From NCBI GenBank assembly GCA_964654545.1, contig CAZZIU010000010.1, positions 14,037 to 78,036 of the forward strand: DNA of 64,000 nucleotides, read 5' to 3'. The DNA is from an uncultured bacterium (GTDB lineage Bacteria > Fidelibacterota > Marinisomatia > Marinisomatales > JABMOV01). The position numbers and the translations under genes are program-made. How positions within the stretch are numbered: the first letter of the stretch is position 1; the number at the start of each line of letters is the position of its first letter. The notes under the pieces were generated by a model. That model saw nothing but the letters and a program-made list of their open reading frames with translations, did no database searches and was not told where the DNA came from. Below, one piece after another: positions 52,814-62,931 of the stretch.

Positions 52814-53764
52814 ATGGAAGATGAAAGAATAATAGTACCGTCTGTCACGGTCAAACTGGTTACGGATAAGCCAGTAAAGAAAACTCCCTACCAGGTAAAA
52901 GGAGTGTTCATGAAGCATTTTCCCGATGAAGAAATCGTACCAATGTTGGACGGCAGGTATCGGGAAAAATTTCTTTATCCGCGGGTTCAGGTGAAAATAT
53001 TAAATGAACAAATTTATATCCTGGGTTTGAATGAAGGCGTTGATCCAGTTTTATCATTAGTAGAAAAATTTGATTTTCTGGATTTTGGGAATATTACATT
53101 TCAGGTTCTTGGTGCCGATGTAGACAAATATGACAATCGCTTTCGCCCAACAAATCGGTTGATTCGTTACCGGTTTATAACACCCTGGGTAGCCCTGAAT
53201 CAGATCACCGGGAGCCGCTATCGGTTTTTGAATAATGCAGAACGAGCCGTTTTCCTCAATCGTTTACTTGGACAAAATATTGTATTCCTGGCGCGCGAGA
53301 TGGGAATGGATATTGAAAAGAAGATTTATACCAAAACGTCGCTCACGTCTCTTTTCCCAAAACCGGTGGATGAGCACAATTGGGGTGCTTTTACAGGTGA
53401 ATTCAGAACCAATTTTATATTGCCAAACTATATCGGTGTTGGAAACGGAATTACCCGTGGTTATGGTACAATCTATGGTTTATTCAATCCGGAAATGTTC
53501 CAATTCGATGAGGGTAATGTTGAGCCGGAAGAACTGGAAGATGCAGGCGTTGAAGAAATATCAAGCGATGACACTGAGTTGGAGGCGGTGGATGTAGCCG
53601 ATGTGCCTCAGCCGCGAAAACGGAGACCGGCAGAAAAAAAACCTGGTCGTGGACGTCGTAAAGTTCTATCAGAGGAATTTGATATTGAAGAGGATGAGGA
53701 AGAAATAGGCGAAGACGATCGTTTCAATCGGCCCGAGTTTCATAAAAAACAGCATGATCTGTAG
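52814..53764 (+). CDS. Stand-alone Cas6b-like RAMP protein with charged C-terminal tail
   Basis: YPRVQVK, YRFITPWVALN, FTGEFRTNFILPNYIGVGNGITRGYGTI (G-rich loop); ~90-aa acidic/basic tail. Confidence 0.8.
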   Translation: MEDERIIVPSVTVKLVTDKPVKKTPYQVKGVFMKHFPDEEIVPMLDGRYREKFLYPRVQVKILNEQIYILGLNEGVDPVLSLVEKFDFLDFGNITFQVLGADVDKYDNRFRPTNRLIRYRFITPWVALNQITGSRYRFLNNAERAVFLNRLLGQNIVFLAREMGMDIEKKIYTKTSLTSLFPKPVDEHNWGAFTGEFRTNFILPNYIGVGNGITRGYGTIYGLFNPEMFQFDEGNVEPEELEDAGVEEISSDDTELEAVDVADVPQPRKRRPAEKKPGRGRRKVLSEEFDIEEDEEEIGEDDRFNRPEFHKKQHDL

Positions 53765-53769
53765 ATTGC

Positions 53770-54966
53770 ATGTCATCCATTACATTAGCTGACAGAGTTC
53801 ACAAGGTAAAACCCTCCTTTACTCTGGAGATGGCAGGGAAAGCTGCCGCTCTGCGCGAGGCAGGGAAAGATGTGATCAATTTTAGTGTTGGTGAACCGGA
53901 CTTTAACACACCGGAGAATATCCGGCAGGCAGGTCATGATGCTATAGAAAATGGGTTTACCAAATACACCGCTGGCGCCGGTATGATGGAATTACGAAGA
54001 GCAATATGCGGTAAACTGAAACGTGAAAATGATATGGAATTTTCACCGTCACAGGTCCTTGTCTCCAACGGTGAAAAACAGAGTCTTTACTTGGCGTGCC
54101 AGGCCCTTTTTCAGGAGGGCGATGAAGTGATTGTGTTTTCACCCTACTGGGTTTCATTTCCTGAATTTGTAAGTTTGGCAGACGCAACACCAATCTTTGT
54201 AAATACAGTAGCGAAAAAGCAGTTTGAACCGGACTGGAATGACTTGGAAAATAAAATTACGAACCGGACGAAGGGTGTAATTTTTAATTCCCCGTCTAAC
54301 CCAACCGGCGGAGTATGGTCAAATGAAGCTGTTACCCAATTGCTGGCATTAGCATCAAAGCATAATTGGGTGGTGATTTCTGATGAATGTTATGAGCGGC
54401 TGGTATTTGACACGAAGTTTGTAAGCGCTGAAAAGTTAAACGCAGTTGGCGCAAATATTATCACCTGCATGAGTTTGTCAAAAACATATGCCATGACCGG
54501 CTGGCGGATCGGATATGCCGCCGGAGATGAAACGGTGATAAAGGCCATGACTAAAATTCAAGGACAGGCTACCTCCTGTGCCAATGCCATTGGACAAAAA
54601 GCGGCCATAGAAGCACTGAATGGCGATCAATCTGCTGTGGAAGAAATGCGGCAAACGTTTATGGAACGACGGGATTTAATTGTTGGTCTGTTAAATGACA
54701 TACCGGGTATTCACTGCGGATTACCCGGTGGAGCATTTTATGCCTTCCCGGATTTTACCGCATATATGGGAAAGACATATAATGAACGCCTCATAAAAGA
54801 TTCGTTCGGAATGTCAGATTATCTCCTGGAAATGGCGAAAGTGGTCACAGTCCCAGGCGATGGATTTGGTGCAAAGGGACACATTCGGTTTTCCTTTGCG
54901 ATCGGCAAACATCAAATACGCGATGGAATCCAGCGTGTAAAAAAAGTTTTAGAACAATTAGTATAG
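53770..54966 (+). CDS. PLP-dependent aminotransferase class I (aspartate aminotransferase-like)
   Basis: GEPDF, NSPSNPTG, SDECY, SLSKTYAMTGWRIGY. Confidence 0.93.
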   Translation: MSSITLADRVHKVKPSFTLEMAGKAAALREAGKDVINFSVGEPDFNTPENIRQAGHDAIENGFTKYTAGAGMMELRRAICGKLKRENDMEFSPSQVLVSNGEKQSLYLACQALFQEGDEVIVFSPYWVSFPEFVSLADATPIFVNTVAKKQFEPDWNDLENKITNRTKGVIFNSPSNPTGGVWSNEAVTQLLALASKHNWVVISDECYERLVFDTKFVSAEKLNAVGANIITCMSLSKTYAMTGWRIGYAAGDETVIKAMTKIQGQATSCANAIGQKAAIEALNGDQSAVEEMRQTFMERRDLIVGLLNDIPGIHCGLPGGAFYAFPDFTAYMGKTYNERLIKDSFGMSDYLLEMAKVVTVPGDGFGAKGHIRFSFAIGKHQIRDGIQRVKKVLEQLV

Positions 54967-54980
54967 AATAGGAGTAAAGG

Positions 54981-55181
54981 ATGAAACAAGATATCCATCC
55001 TGATTATCAACTTGGAACCGTGCATTGCGTTTGCGGGAATACATTTCAGGTGTACAGCACACTGGGCGACCAACGTGTTGAAATCTGCAACCAGTGCCAT
55101 CCCTTTTTTACCGGGAAACAAAAATTGATTGATACGGCCGGACGTATTGAACAATTCAAAAAGAAATACGGTAAAAAGTAA
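54981..55181 (+). CDS. rpmE: 50S ribosomal protein L31 (Zn-binding type)
   Basis: [29 protein letters not shown]. Confidence 0.97.
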   Translation: MKQDIHPDYQLGTVHCVCGNTFQVYSTLGDQRVEICNQCHPFFTGKQKLIDTAGRIEQFKKKYGKK

Positions 55182-55196
55182 CCCACCGCATTACAT

Positions 55197-55236
55197 GGCT
55201 TTCTTTTAACCCGTTGGGTGGGGGAAGCCTTTTTTT
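55197..55236 (+). terminator. GU-rich hairpin plus T7 between rpmE and the DUF1385 gene
   Basis: GGCTTT...GAAGCC stem with inner ACCC/GGGT; T7 ends at the next ATG. Confidence 0.55.
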
Positions 55237-56205
55237 ATGAAAAAAATCATACAACTACTGGTAGCAAAACCATCGATTCTTGTTGGCGGACAAGCTGTAA
55301 TCGAAGGTGTCATGATGCGCGTCCCCGGGGCATATGCAACGGCTGTGCGTACTCCTTCTGGTGAAATTCAGGTTGATCGGCATAAATTTGTGTCCAGGAC
55401 GGAGACATCAAGATTTTGGAAAAAACCGGTCCTGCGAGGGGTAATGGGGTTGTTTGAAGCCATGCGGATTGGCTTTCGCACACTACAATGGTCCGCGGAT
55501 ATCGCTATGCCGGAAGAAAAGGATTCTAATCCAAAAGGTTCAAACGTTGGAAATTTCTTCTCAACATTGTTTGCTGTGGGATTAGCCATCTCTTTGTTCA
55601 TGGTATTGCCGTATGTGCTAACAACCTATGTTTTTCATCTTGAAAAGGCAGCCCTTTCGTTTAACCTGGTCGCAGGAGGAATGCGTATAACCTTTTTTGT
55701 TATTTATCTTATGTTAATTTCCTTAATGAAAGATGTTAAGCGTCTGTTCAAAAATCATGGTGCGGAACACAAAGTGGTATACAATTTTGAATCAGGCAGA
55801 TCGATAACAGTAGAAAATGCCCAGAGCTTTCCAACACAACATCCGCGATGCGGAACCAGCTTTATGTTTATTGTCCTGATAATTGCAATTCTGGCATTCG
55901 CACTGGTGGATACTGTCGCTATTGCTTTGATAGGTCAATTGTCGATTCCTCTGAGATTGTTTATACATTTGCCCTTGATCCCTCTGGTTGCCGGAATATC
56001 CTATGAAGGAATTAAGATTACATCTAGACATGGTGATAAAGCGCTGTTTCGCGCGTTACGTGCACCAGGTCTATGGTTACAAAACATTACCACAAAACAG
56101 CCTGACGATGACATGGTTGAAGTTGCTATAACTGCGCTCCGTGAAGCTTTTGGTGAAAAAATAAACGAATACGAAGGTAAGTCCTTTACCGCTGAAGCTG
56201 TCTGA
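55237..56205 (+). CDS. DUF1385 (YqhQ-like) membrane protein
   Basis: [37 protein letters not shown]. Confidence 0.92.
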   Translation: MKKIIQLLVAKPSILVGGQAVIEGVMMRVPGAYATAVRTPSGEIQVDRHKFVSRTETSRFWKKPVLRGVMGLFEAMRIGFRTLQWSADIAMPEEKDSNPKGSNVGNFFSTLFAVGLAISLFMVLPYVLTTYVFHLEKAALSFNLVAGGMRITFFVIYLMLISLMKDVKRLFKNHGAEHKVVYNFESGRSITVENAQSFPTQHPRCGTSFMFIVLIIAILAFALVDTVAIALIGQLSIPLRLFIHLPLIPLVAGISYEGIKITSRHGDKALFRALRAPGLWLQNITTKQPDDDMVEVAITALREAFGEKINEYEGKSFTAEAV

Positions 56206-57272
56206 TGGAAGAAAAACTAAAACAAATTATCGAACGCTACACCAATCTAGCAGAAATGATGGCTGATCCCGTTATCCTCTCAGACCAAAATAAATTGCGT
56301 GAAACCGCACAAGAGCACAGCCATCTGGAACCCATTGTTCGGTGTGCAAAAAACTATCTGGATGTAACAAATCGTATTAATGAAGACAAATCGGTTTTGG
56401 ACGGAGATGATGCTGAATTAAAAGAACTGGTTCAAGAAGAAATCCCCGAGCTGGAAGAAGAACAACAATCGCTGGAAGAAGAATTAAAAGTTCTGATGCT
56501 ACCCAAAGACCCGAACGATGATAAAAATACAATAGTAGAAATCCGGGCCGGTACGGGTGGCGACGAAGCGGCCCTCTTTGCCGGAGATTTATTTCGAATG
56601 TATACCCGCTTTGCTGAGCGCTCTGGGTTGCAATCTGAAGTAATGGATATGAACGATACTGGTATCGGTGGGGTTAAAGAAGTAATATTTTCTGTAAAGG
56701 GCCGAGGTGTATATGGTTTGATGAAGTTTGAAAGCGGCGTTCACCGAGTGCAACGTGTGCCGAAGACAGAAGCAGGAGGCCGGGTACATACGTCCGCCGC
56801 AACAGTAGCGGTCTTGCCGGAGGCGGAAGAAGCGGATATCGAAATCAATGAAAACGATCTGAAAATTGATACGTATAGGTCCAGTGGTGCTGGTGGCCAG
56901 CATGTAAATAAAACAGAATCCGCAATTCGTATCACCCACCTCCCCACAGGATTGGTGGTAACCTGCCAGGATGAAAAATCACAGCATAAAAACCGCGCCG
57001 CCGCCATGAAAGTTTTGCGATCACGATTGCTTGCACAAGAACAGGAACGTCTAGCCTCAGAACGGGCTGAAGTGAGAAAACTACAGGTAAGCACGGGAGA
57101 TCGATCGGCCAAAATTCGTACCTATAATTTCCCCCAGGGGCGAGTGACTGATCATCGCATTAATCTCACACTCTATCAATTGGAAGCCATTTTGGATGGC
57201 GATTTGGCAGAAATAATTGAACGATTGCGTTTGGCGGACCAGCAGGAGCGACTGGCTGCTATAGGAGAATAA
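56205..57272 (+). CDS. prfA: Peptide chain release factor 1
   Basis: [11 protein letters not shown] (PxT) recognition loop, [23 protein letters not shown]. Confidence 0.98.
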   Translation: MEEKLKQIIERYTNLAEMMADPVILSDQNKLRETAQEHSHLEPIVRCAKNYLDVTNRINEDKSVLDGDDAELKELVQEEIPELEEEQQSLEEELKVLMLPKDPNDDKNTIVEIRAGTGGDEAALFAGDLFRMYTRFAERSGLQSEVMDMNDTGIGGVKEVIFSVKGRGVYGLMKFESGVHRVQRVPKTEAGGRVHTSAATVAVLPEAEEADIEINENDLKIDTYRSSGAGGQHVNKTESAIRITHLPTGLVVTCQDEKSQHKNRAAAMKVLRSRLLAQEQERLASERAEVRKLQVSTGDRSAKIRTYNFPQGRVTDHRINLTLYQLEAILDGDLAEIIERLRLADQQERLAAIGE

Positions 57273-57409
57273 TGCATTTCTAAGCGACCAATCGAAGATT
57301 CGTCTTGATATTATTTATACCCTATAATTCCCGGCCCTGTTAAATCAGAAATTTTCACTCTAATTCTTAATTATTAAAACAACAGAAACTCCTAAATTGA
57401 ATGGTTGTC

Positions 57410-58285
57410 ATGACCACCAACACAAAAACCTGGCGTATTATTGATATGATTAAATGGGCGACATCCTATTTAGGTGAACGGAATTTTATCCGTCCACGAC
57501 GAGATATTGAATGGTTATTGCAAGATGTGCTGCAGTGCTCACGTGTTGATTTGTATCTTCGTTTCGATGAACCATTGAGTCGCTCTCAGCTGGATACGTT
57601 GAGAATGCTTGTCAAACGGCGTATTACTAATGAACCGGTGCAGTATATTATTGGGAAGACCGATTTTTACGGATTAGAATTTGTAATAAACAATTCTGTA
57701 TTGATTCCCAGGCCAGAAACAGAGCGACTGGTTGATGTTGCATTGCATACATTATCTACTATGGCGCAACCTACTATTCTTGATATTGGTACCGGTTCAG
57801 GGTGCATAGCCATAGCCCTGGCCCATGAAATCCCAGAAGCGCAAATCACTGCCGTAGATATATCCGATGAGATATTAGCATTGGCTAAAACCAATGCGCA
57901 AAACCATAGCATTGAAAATGTATCGCTTATAAAAATGGATTTTTTGCATCAGGCTTCAGAAAATAGATTTGATATGATTGTGTGTAACCCGCCGTATGTG
58001 CCACTTGCAGAAATGAATTCTATCATGCCCGATGTCAGACACTTTGAACCTGAAATTTCATTAACAGATGGCAAGGATGGTTTAACCTTTTATCGGCGCC
58101 TTGCTGAAATTGGCCCAACCATCGTAAATCATGGTGGATGGATGATCATGGAGGTTGGCCTGGAAGACCACCCGGAAAAGGCAAAAGCCATTTTTAGTCG
58201 CCATCCATTTGGTGACATTGAACTCATACCCGACTACAATGGTGACCCCCGTGTTCTTAAAGTGAAGGTGACAAACAATGACTAA
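57410..58285 (+). CDS. prmC: Release factor glutamine methyltransferase
   Basis: EPVQYIIG, VLIPRPETE, LDIGTGSG, NPPY. Start uncertain (57401 or 57410). Confidence 0.95.
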   Translation: MTTNTKTWRIIDMIKWATSYLGERNFIRPRRDIEWLLQDVLQCSRVDLYLRFDEPLSRSQLDTLRMLVKRRITNEPVQYIIGKTDFYGLEFVINNSVLIPRPETERLVDVALHTLSTMAQPTILDIGTGSGCIAIALAHEIPEAQITAVDISDEILALAKTNAQNHSIENVSLIKMDFLHQASENRFDMIVCNPPYVPLAEMNSIMPDVRHFEPEISLTDGKDGLTFYRRLAEIGPTIVNHGGWMIMEVGLEDHPEKAKAIFSRHPFGDIELIPDYNGDPRVLKVKVTNND

Positions 58286-59111
58286 GCTGGTTGCGGCAAT
58301 ACGTTTACTGAGACCGCTCAATTGCTTCATCGGGTCTTTATCTGTTTTTGTTTCAGCAGCAATTACTCGGTCAATGGACCGCCAATCTGCATTGGTTATA
58401 GCAATGCTGGTTGTCTTTTTTTATAATGGCGGAGCCAATGCTATTAATGATTATTTTGACTACGAAATCGATAAAATTAATCGTCCTGATCGGCCACTAA
58501 GCTCTGGTCTTTTATCCAGGAGTACCGCGGTCTGGATTTCCTTTCTCACCTTTGGATGCGGAACGCTGTTGGTAATACAATTAAATCAAATTGCTGCCCT
58601 GATCGCCGTTTGCATTGCCATGCCAATTCTTTTAGGATACACAAGGTATTTAAAGACAAAACCCCTGATCGGAAATTTTGCGGTAGCGTTTATCCTGGGT
58701 CTGGTTTTTGTATTTGGTGGGGCAGTATTTGGGGCTATCGATCAAATGCTTGTCCCGGCCATTTTAGCATTTTTGCTTACCTTCCCACGAGAACTTATCA
58801 AAGATGTGGAAGATATAGACGGCGACAAAAAATTGGGACTGAAAACGTATCCGATCTCTGCAGGAATTTCATCAACGAAAATGGTGGTTAAAACCTGGTC
58901 AATAATCACGGGAATAGCAATGCTGATTCCTTCTTTACTGGGATATTATAACAACTGGTATTTTTGGTTTGTCCTCATAGGGATTGAAATTCCATTGGTT
59001 TATATTTTAACCACATTTTCAGGAAATATAGATAGGGCTGGAAGGTTTTCAAAATTATTAAAAATGAGTACGATTGCTGGTGTATGTGCAGTGTATTTTG
59101 GAACAATATAA
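58278..59111 (+). CDS. UbiA prenyltransferase, DGGGP-synthase-like subfamily
   Basis: LLRPLNC, NDYFDYEIDKINRPDRPL, RELIKDVEDIDGD...KTYPI. Confidence 0.75.
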   Translation: MTKLVAAIRLLRPLNCFIGSLSVFVSAAITRSMDRQSALVIAMLVVFFYNGGANAINDYFDYEIDKINRPDRPLSSGLLSRSTAVWISFLTFGCGTLLVIQLNQIAALIAVCIAMPILLGYTRYLKTKPLIGNFAVAFILGLVFVFGGAVFGAIDQMLVPAILAFLLTFPRELIKDVEDIDGDKKLGLKTYPISAGISSTKMVVKTWSIITGIAMLIPSLLGYYNNWYFWFVLIGIEIPLVYILTTFSGNIDRAGRFSKLLKMSTIAGVCAVYFGTI

Positions 59112-59184
59112 AGGCAGACAACCATCTGTTAATTCTGCGATCTTCAGTATCGTTGTTACTAACTATTCAGGTTTTGGAGCAATT

Positions 59185-60624
59185 ATGAAACCAATTATTA
59201 TTCTGACAATATTGATTTCTTTTATTCTACCTCAGGATGCCCAGGATGATCTAACGCTGGAGCGATATCCGATTTTAGTTCTTCCGGCAGATGAGGGCGA
59301 CGATCCGGAATCAATGGCGTCTAAACTGACACAAATTGTTGGGAGTCAGGCTACCGAATTGAATCGTTTTGATGTTATTGACCGATCAAAGCTGGAGAGC
59401 ATTTTAAACGAGCAATCGCTGCAAATGACAGGAATTATAAGCGACGAAGACATTGTTGAAGCGGGTAAAGTTGCAGCCGCAAGAGAGGCCTTGCTTGTAC
59501 GAGTCCTTAATTTTAATCAAAAAGGTGTTCCACCAGAGGATGAAGAAGAAGAGGACGACAAGGATCGTAAGGAAGCAAGAAAAGCAGGTTTATTGGGAGT
59601 AATCGCAAAAGCGATTGTTGATGCTGCAATTGACAAATCCCTTGAGGATGTGGAACGCTACCCAAACAACATTCAGACTGTTATTCAAGCCGAGGTAAGG
59701 AAAATCGATATTGAGACCGGTCAGTCTGTGGCCTCGTTTCCTGTGTCCGTAACCTATACAGGTGGAAATAAGGGGAAATCGTTAACTGATGCCCTGCAAC
59801 TGGCCACGGTTCAGATATCCTCAGAATTGAGAAGATTGTACCTTTTGACCAGCGAAATACTTGACGTGAAGGGTGATGAAATTATGCTCCTGCTAGGAAA
59901 AGACCTTGGATTAAGAAGCGGTATGCGATTTGAAATTATTACACCCGAGATTCAAAAGACCGTCCACGGGAGGGAAATTACAATACCGGGTCGCAGTGTG
60001 GGACTCGTTGAGGTAGAAGATGTGAGTGGCGATGCCAGTCGTGGTAAAATTTTGCGTGACTGGGATGAGTTAGAGCCGGGCTATCGCGCAGTTGAAACCC
60101 TCATGCCCGTTTTTGGCATGGGTATATCATTGATGATGGCTCCAACGATTACAAGTTATCAATTGGAATTTCAACCAACACCATATCCCTTTGAGCGGTT
60201 TTTAATCACCGGGTTATTCAATCTCGGAACCATAGTTGACAGTTATGATCACACCGATTTTCAATTTGGACTTGGAGTAAAATTGGGCTGGAATATTGTT
60301 TATCATTCAAAACGATCCATACATACCGGCGTTTCTTTGCCCATGTATTTCGCCTCACGCTCTGACGATGAATCGCACACAGCAATACTACCGATATTCG
60401 CCCCGAGTCTGAATGGCGGGCTCGCCATACAAATGAACAAAAACCGTGATTTCATCTTTGAGTGTAAATACGTCTTTACATCTGCAACAGGAAGCTGGAA
60501 ATATTCAAAGGATAATGATGACGGCGATACGGATACTTTTGAAGCAGAATGGGATGGAGCTGCCCCGGAAATAGATCCAGACGGATTATATTTCTCACTG
60601 GGGATGCGTTTCTTGACTTTGTAG
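59185..60624 (+). CDS. Envelope protein: CsgG/LpoB-like domain, FlgT-C-like domain and small barrel
   Basis: GGAG RBS then signal peptide at 59185; FDVIDRSKLESILNEQ; LLLGKDLGLRSGMRFEI...VGLVEV. Confidence 0.55.
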   Translation: MKPIIILTILISFILPQDAQDDLTLERYPILVLPADEGDDPESMASKLTQIVGSQATELNRFDVIDRSKLESILNEQSLQMTGIISDEDIVEAGKVAAAREALLVRVLNFNQKGVPPEDEEEEDDKDRKEARKAGLLGVIAKAIVDAAIDKSLEDVERYPNNIQTVIQAEVRKIDIETGQSVASFPVSVTYTGGNKGKSLTDALQLATVQISSELRRLYLLTSEILDVKGDEIMLLLGKDLGLRSGMRFEIITPEIQKTVHGREITIPGRSVGLVEVEDVSGDASRGKILRDWDELEPGYRAVETLMPVFGMGISLMMAPTITSYQLEFQPTPYPFERFLITGLFNLGTIVDSYDHTDFQFGLGVKLGWNIVYHSKRSIHTGVSLPMYFASRSDDESHTAILPIFAPSLNGGLAIQMNKNRDFIFECKYVFTSATGSWKYSKDNDDGDTDTFEAEWDGAAPEIDPDGLYFSLGMRFLTL

Positions 60625-61578
60625 ATGGCCCATAATAGTCAACAATCCTGTAAAAATTGCGGCAACCCACTTACGGGATTGTACTGTTCGCATTGCGGAC
60701 AAAAAAGTACGGAAAAAAATGTTAGTCTGAAAATAATGCTGGAGGACGTGATTGGTGATGTTTTTTCCGTTGACTCTAAAATCATCCGTAGCCTTAAGCC
60801 CCTGTTATTTAAACCGGGATCGCTATCACTGGATTACACAATAGGGAAAAGAGATTCCTATGTAAAGCCGTTTCGTTTATACCTGTTTTCCAGTCTGCTG
60901 TTTTTCTTTTTTACCTTTTTAAATTCGGGATCTAATAATGGTAACGGCGATGGCTCGGCATCAGCGCTAGACAGTCTGGCAACCCTGTATCCCGTTGACA
61001 CATTAAACCCCAATGGAAATTTGGTGATTCATCTCCGAGATGGAGGGATTGGTCTTTCTTATTTTCTGCCTGATAGCACAAATCCACCATCGTCCTTAAT
61101 GGATACATCAGAATCGTTTATTGACAAACAATTTTCACACATGACATACGGTGAATTAAAGGCCAAAGAAGGTCGACTAGGCGCTAATTTTAGAGAGTCC
61201 GTTCCCAATGTATTATTTTTTCTTGTACCTGTTTTTGCCTTATTATTTAAACTGCTCCACATACGACAAAAAAAATTCTATGTGGGACACCTGATCTTTG
61301 TTTTTCATCTTCACGCATTTTTCTTTATTCTACTACTAATTCTCTCCCTAATTAATTTTCTTATTGGACTAGTATTTACTTCAGCACTACTGGAAATAAT
61401 TTTGTCTATCATTGCGTTTATAATATTCGTTGTTTATTTGTTTTTGGCCATGAGAAAAGTCTATGGACAGAAGGCATGGATCACAGCAATCAAACTGATT
61501 ACAATTATATTCCTTTATATTACTATCATTTTAATTAGTTTGATCTTGTTTGTCTTTATCTCTATTTGGCTGCTCTGA
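60625..61578 (+). CDS. DUF3667 domain membrane protein
   Basis: CKNCG..L.GLYCSHCGQ, KPG.L..DY..GKR..YVKPFRLY, H..FVFH. Confidence 0.85.
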   Translation: MAHNSQQSCKNCGNPLTGLYCSHCGQKSTEKNVSLKIMLEDVIGDVFSVDSKIIRSLKPLLFKPGSLSLDYTIGKRDSYVKPFRLYLFSSLLFFFFTFLNSGSNNGNGDGSASALDSLATLYPVDTLNPNGNLVIHLRDGGIGLSYFLPDSTNPPSSLMDTSESFIDKQFSHMTYGELKAKEGRLGANFRESVPNVLFFLVPVFALLFKLLHIRQKKFYVGHLIFVFHLHAFFFILLLILSLINFLIGLVFTSALLEIILSIIAFIIFVVYLFLAMRKVYGQKAWITAIKLITIIFLYITIILISLILFVFISIWLL

Positions 61579-61697
61579 TTTTCATTGAGAGAAAATACAT
61601 ATTGCATATTTGACAGTTTATGATCATTTATTGAACGCAAAATGATTGTACCACAAGGCAGGCTTTCAATTAAAATATACGGAAATTTGCTATCGGG

Positions 61698-62915
61698 TTA
61701 TTCTTTAAATATATCCTTTACCTGTGCCACCTTTCCATCAGCAGCCGGATTTGGCGTAAGTCCCAGTATTTTAGCAATGATTCCATAGACCTGAATATTT
61801 TCCATGGATTCTCTTTCATACCCACCTTTGAAGGCAGGTCCATCCGCGATAAAAAGTGCCTGCATACTCTGCAAACGGTTGTCGAAACCATGCGTAGCGC
61901 CACTTGTCATATATGTAATGTGCTCCGGGTCATTTTTTCTACTGTACTCAAGAATGCTCCAGCCTTCATCTGCAATCAGTAGTATTTGTTTTATCCGATA
62001 ATGATTTTTAAAATGGTAAACATCAGGGATATCTTTTTTCAAATAGGCTTTCAAGTGCGGTGTTGTTTTGAGATCCTCAACCAATTGATTGGCCCTCTGA
62101 TCTGAAATATTGTATAGAAAAGAAAAGGGCCCACTCCGTTCCTGGGTTACGCCGGACAAATCAACATATTTTGATAGGTCAATGACTCGATCGGGGGATA
62201 AATCGGTCATTCCATGATCGCTGACAGCGATAATATTTAATCGGTCGTAAATCTCCAATTCCTTCATTGTTGCCACAATAGTACCGAACAGGGAATCCAA
62301 CGCCACAATTTTTTTCCTGGTTTCCGGCGCCGTCACACCAAATTGATGACTGGTTTCATCCGGTTCATGGAAATAGAGCGTAATGAGCCGTGGGCGACGT
62401 TTTTCAGGCAATGAAAACCAGGCCGCTACAGAATCAATGCGGTCATAGAAGGGCATAAAATGATCATACTTTTTCCAAATCGAGGGTTGAACACCCCCAA
62501 TTGGCGCCTCTGTACCAACCCAAAACATGGACGCGGATTTTACACCTTGTTTCTCAGCTGTAACCCATATTGGCTCACCACCGTAGAAACGCGGATCTTC
62601 TACCTTGGTACGATCGCTAAGCTGGTATATATCATCCAAGACAGAATCATAGAAATAATTATCTATAAGACCATGGTTTTCTATGTACATGCCTGTGGCA
62701 AGGGTATAGTGGTTGGGAAACGTTTTGGTGACAAAAACCGGCGTCAATTTATTTACGTGAACACCGTTTTTAATTGCCTCGTCAAAATGTGGTGTATCAT
62801 ACCAATCAATATAGTCCGCTCGGAAACCATCAAACGAAACAAGTAACACATAAGAATCATCTGACTTTGAAAAACAGAGCCCGATGAGCAAGGCAGTGAA
62901 AAATATTTTTTTCAT
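61698..62915 (-). CDS. Ectonucleotide pyrophosphatase/phosphodiesterase (alkaline phosphatase superfamily)
   Basis: LVSFDGFR, TKTFPNHYTLATG, EPD..H, VSDHGM, HGFDN; start placed at MKKIFF. Confidence 0.92.
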   Translation of the reverse strand: MKKIFFTALLIGLCFSKSDDSYVLLVSFDGFRADYIDWYDTPHFDEAIKNGVHVNKLTPVFVTKTFPNHYTLATGMYIENHGLIDNYFYDSVLDDIYQLSDRTKVEDPRFYGGEPIWVTAEKQGVKSASMFWVGTEAPIGGVQPSIWKKYDHFMPFYDRIDSVAAWFSLPEKRRPRLITLYFHEPDETSHQFGVTAPETRKKIVALDSLFGTIVATMKELEIYDRLNIIAVSDHGMTDLSPDRVIDLSKYVDLSGVTQERSGPFSFLYNISDQRANQLVEDLKTTPHLKAYLKKDIPDVYHFKNHYRIKQILLIADEGWSILEYSRKNDPEHITYMTSGATHGFDNRLQSMQALFIADGPAFKGGYERESMENIQVYGIIAKILGLTPNPAADGKVAQVKDIFKE

Positions 62916-62931
62916 TATTGTTTGCCTGTCT

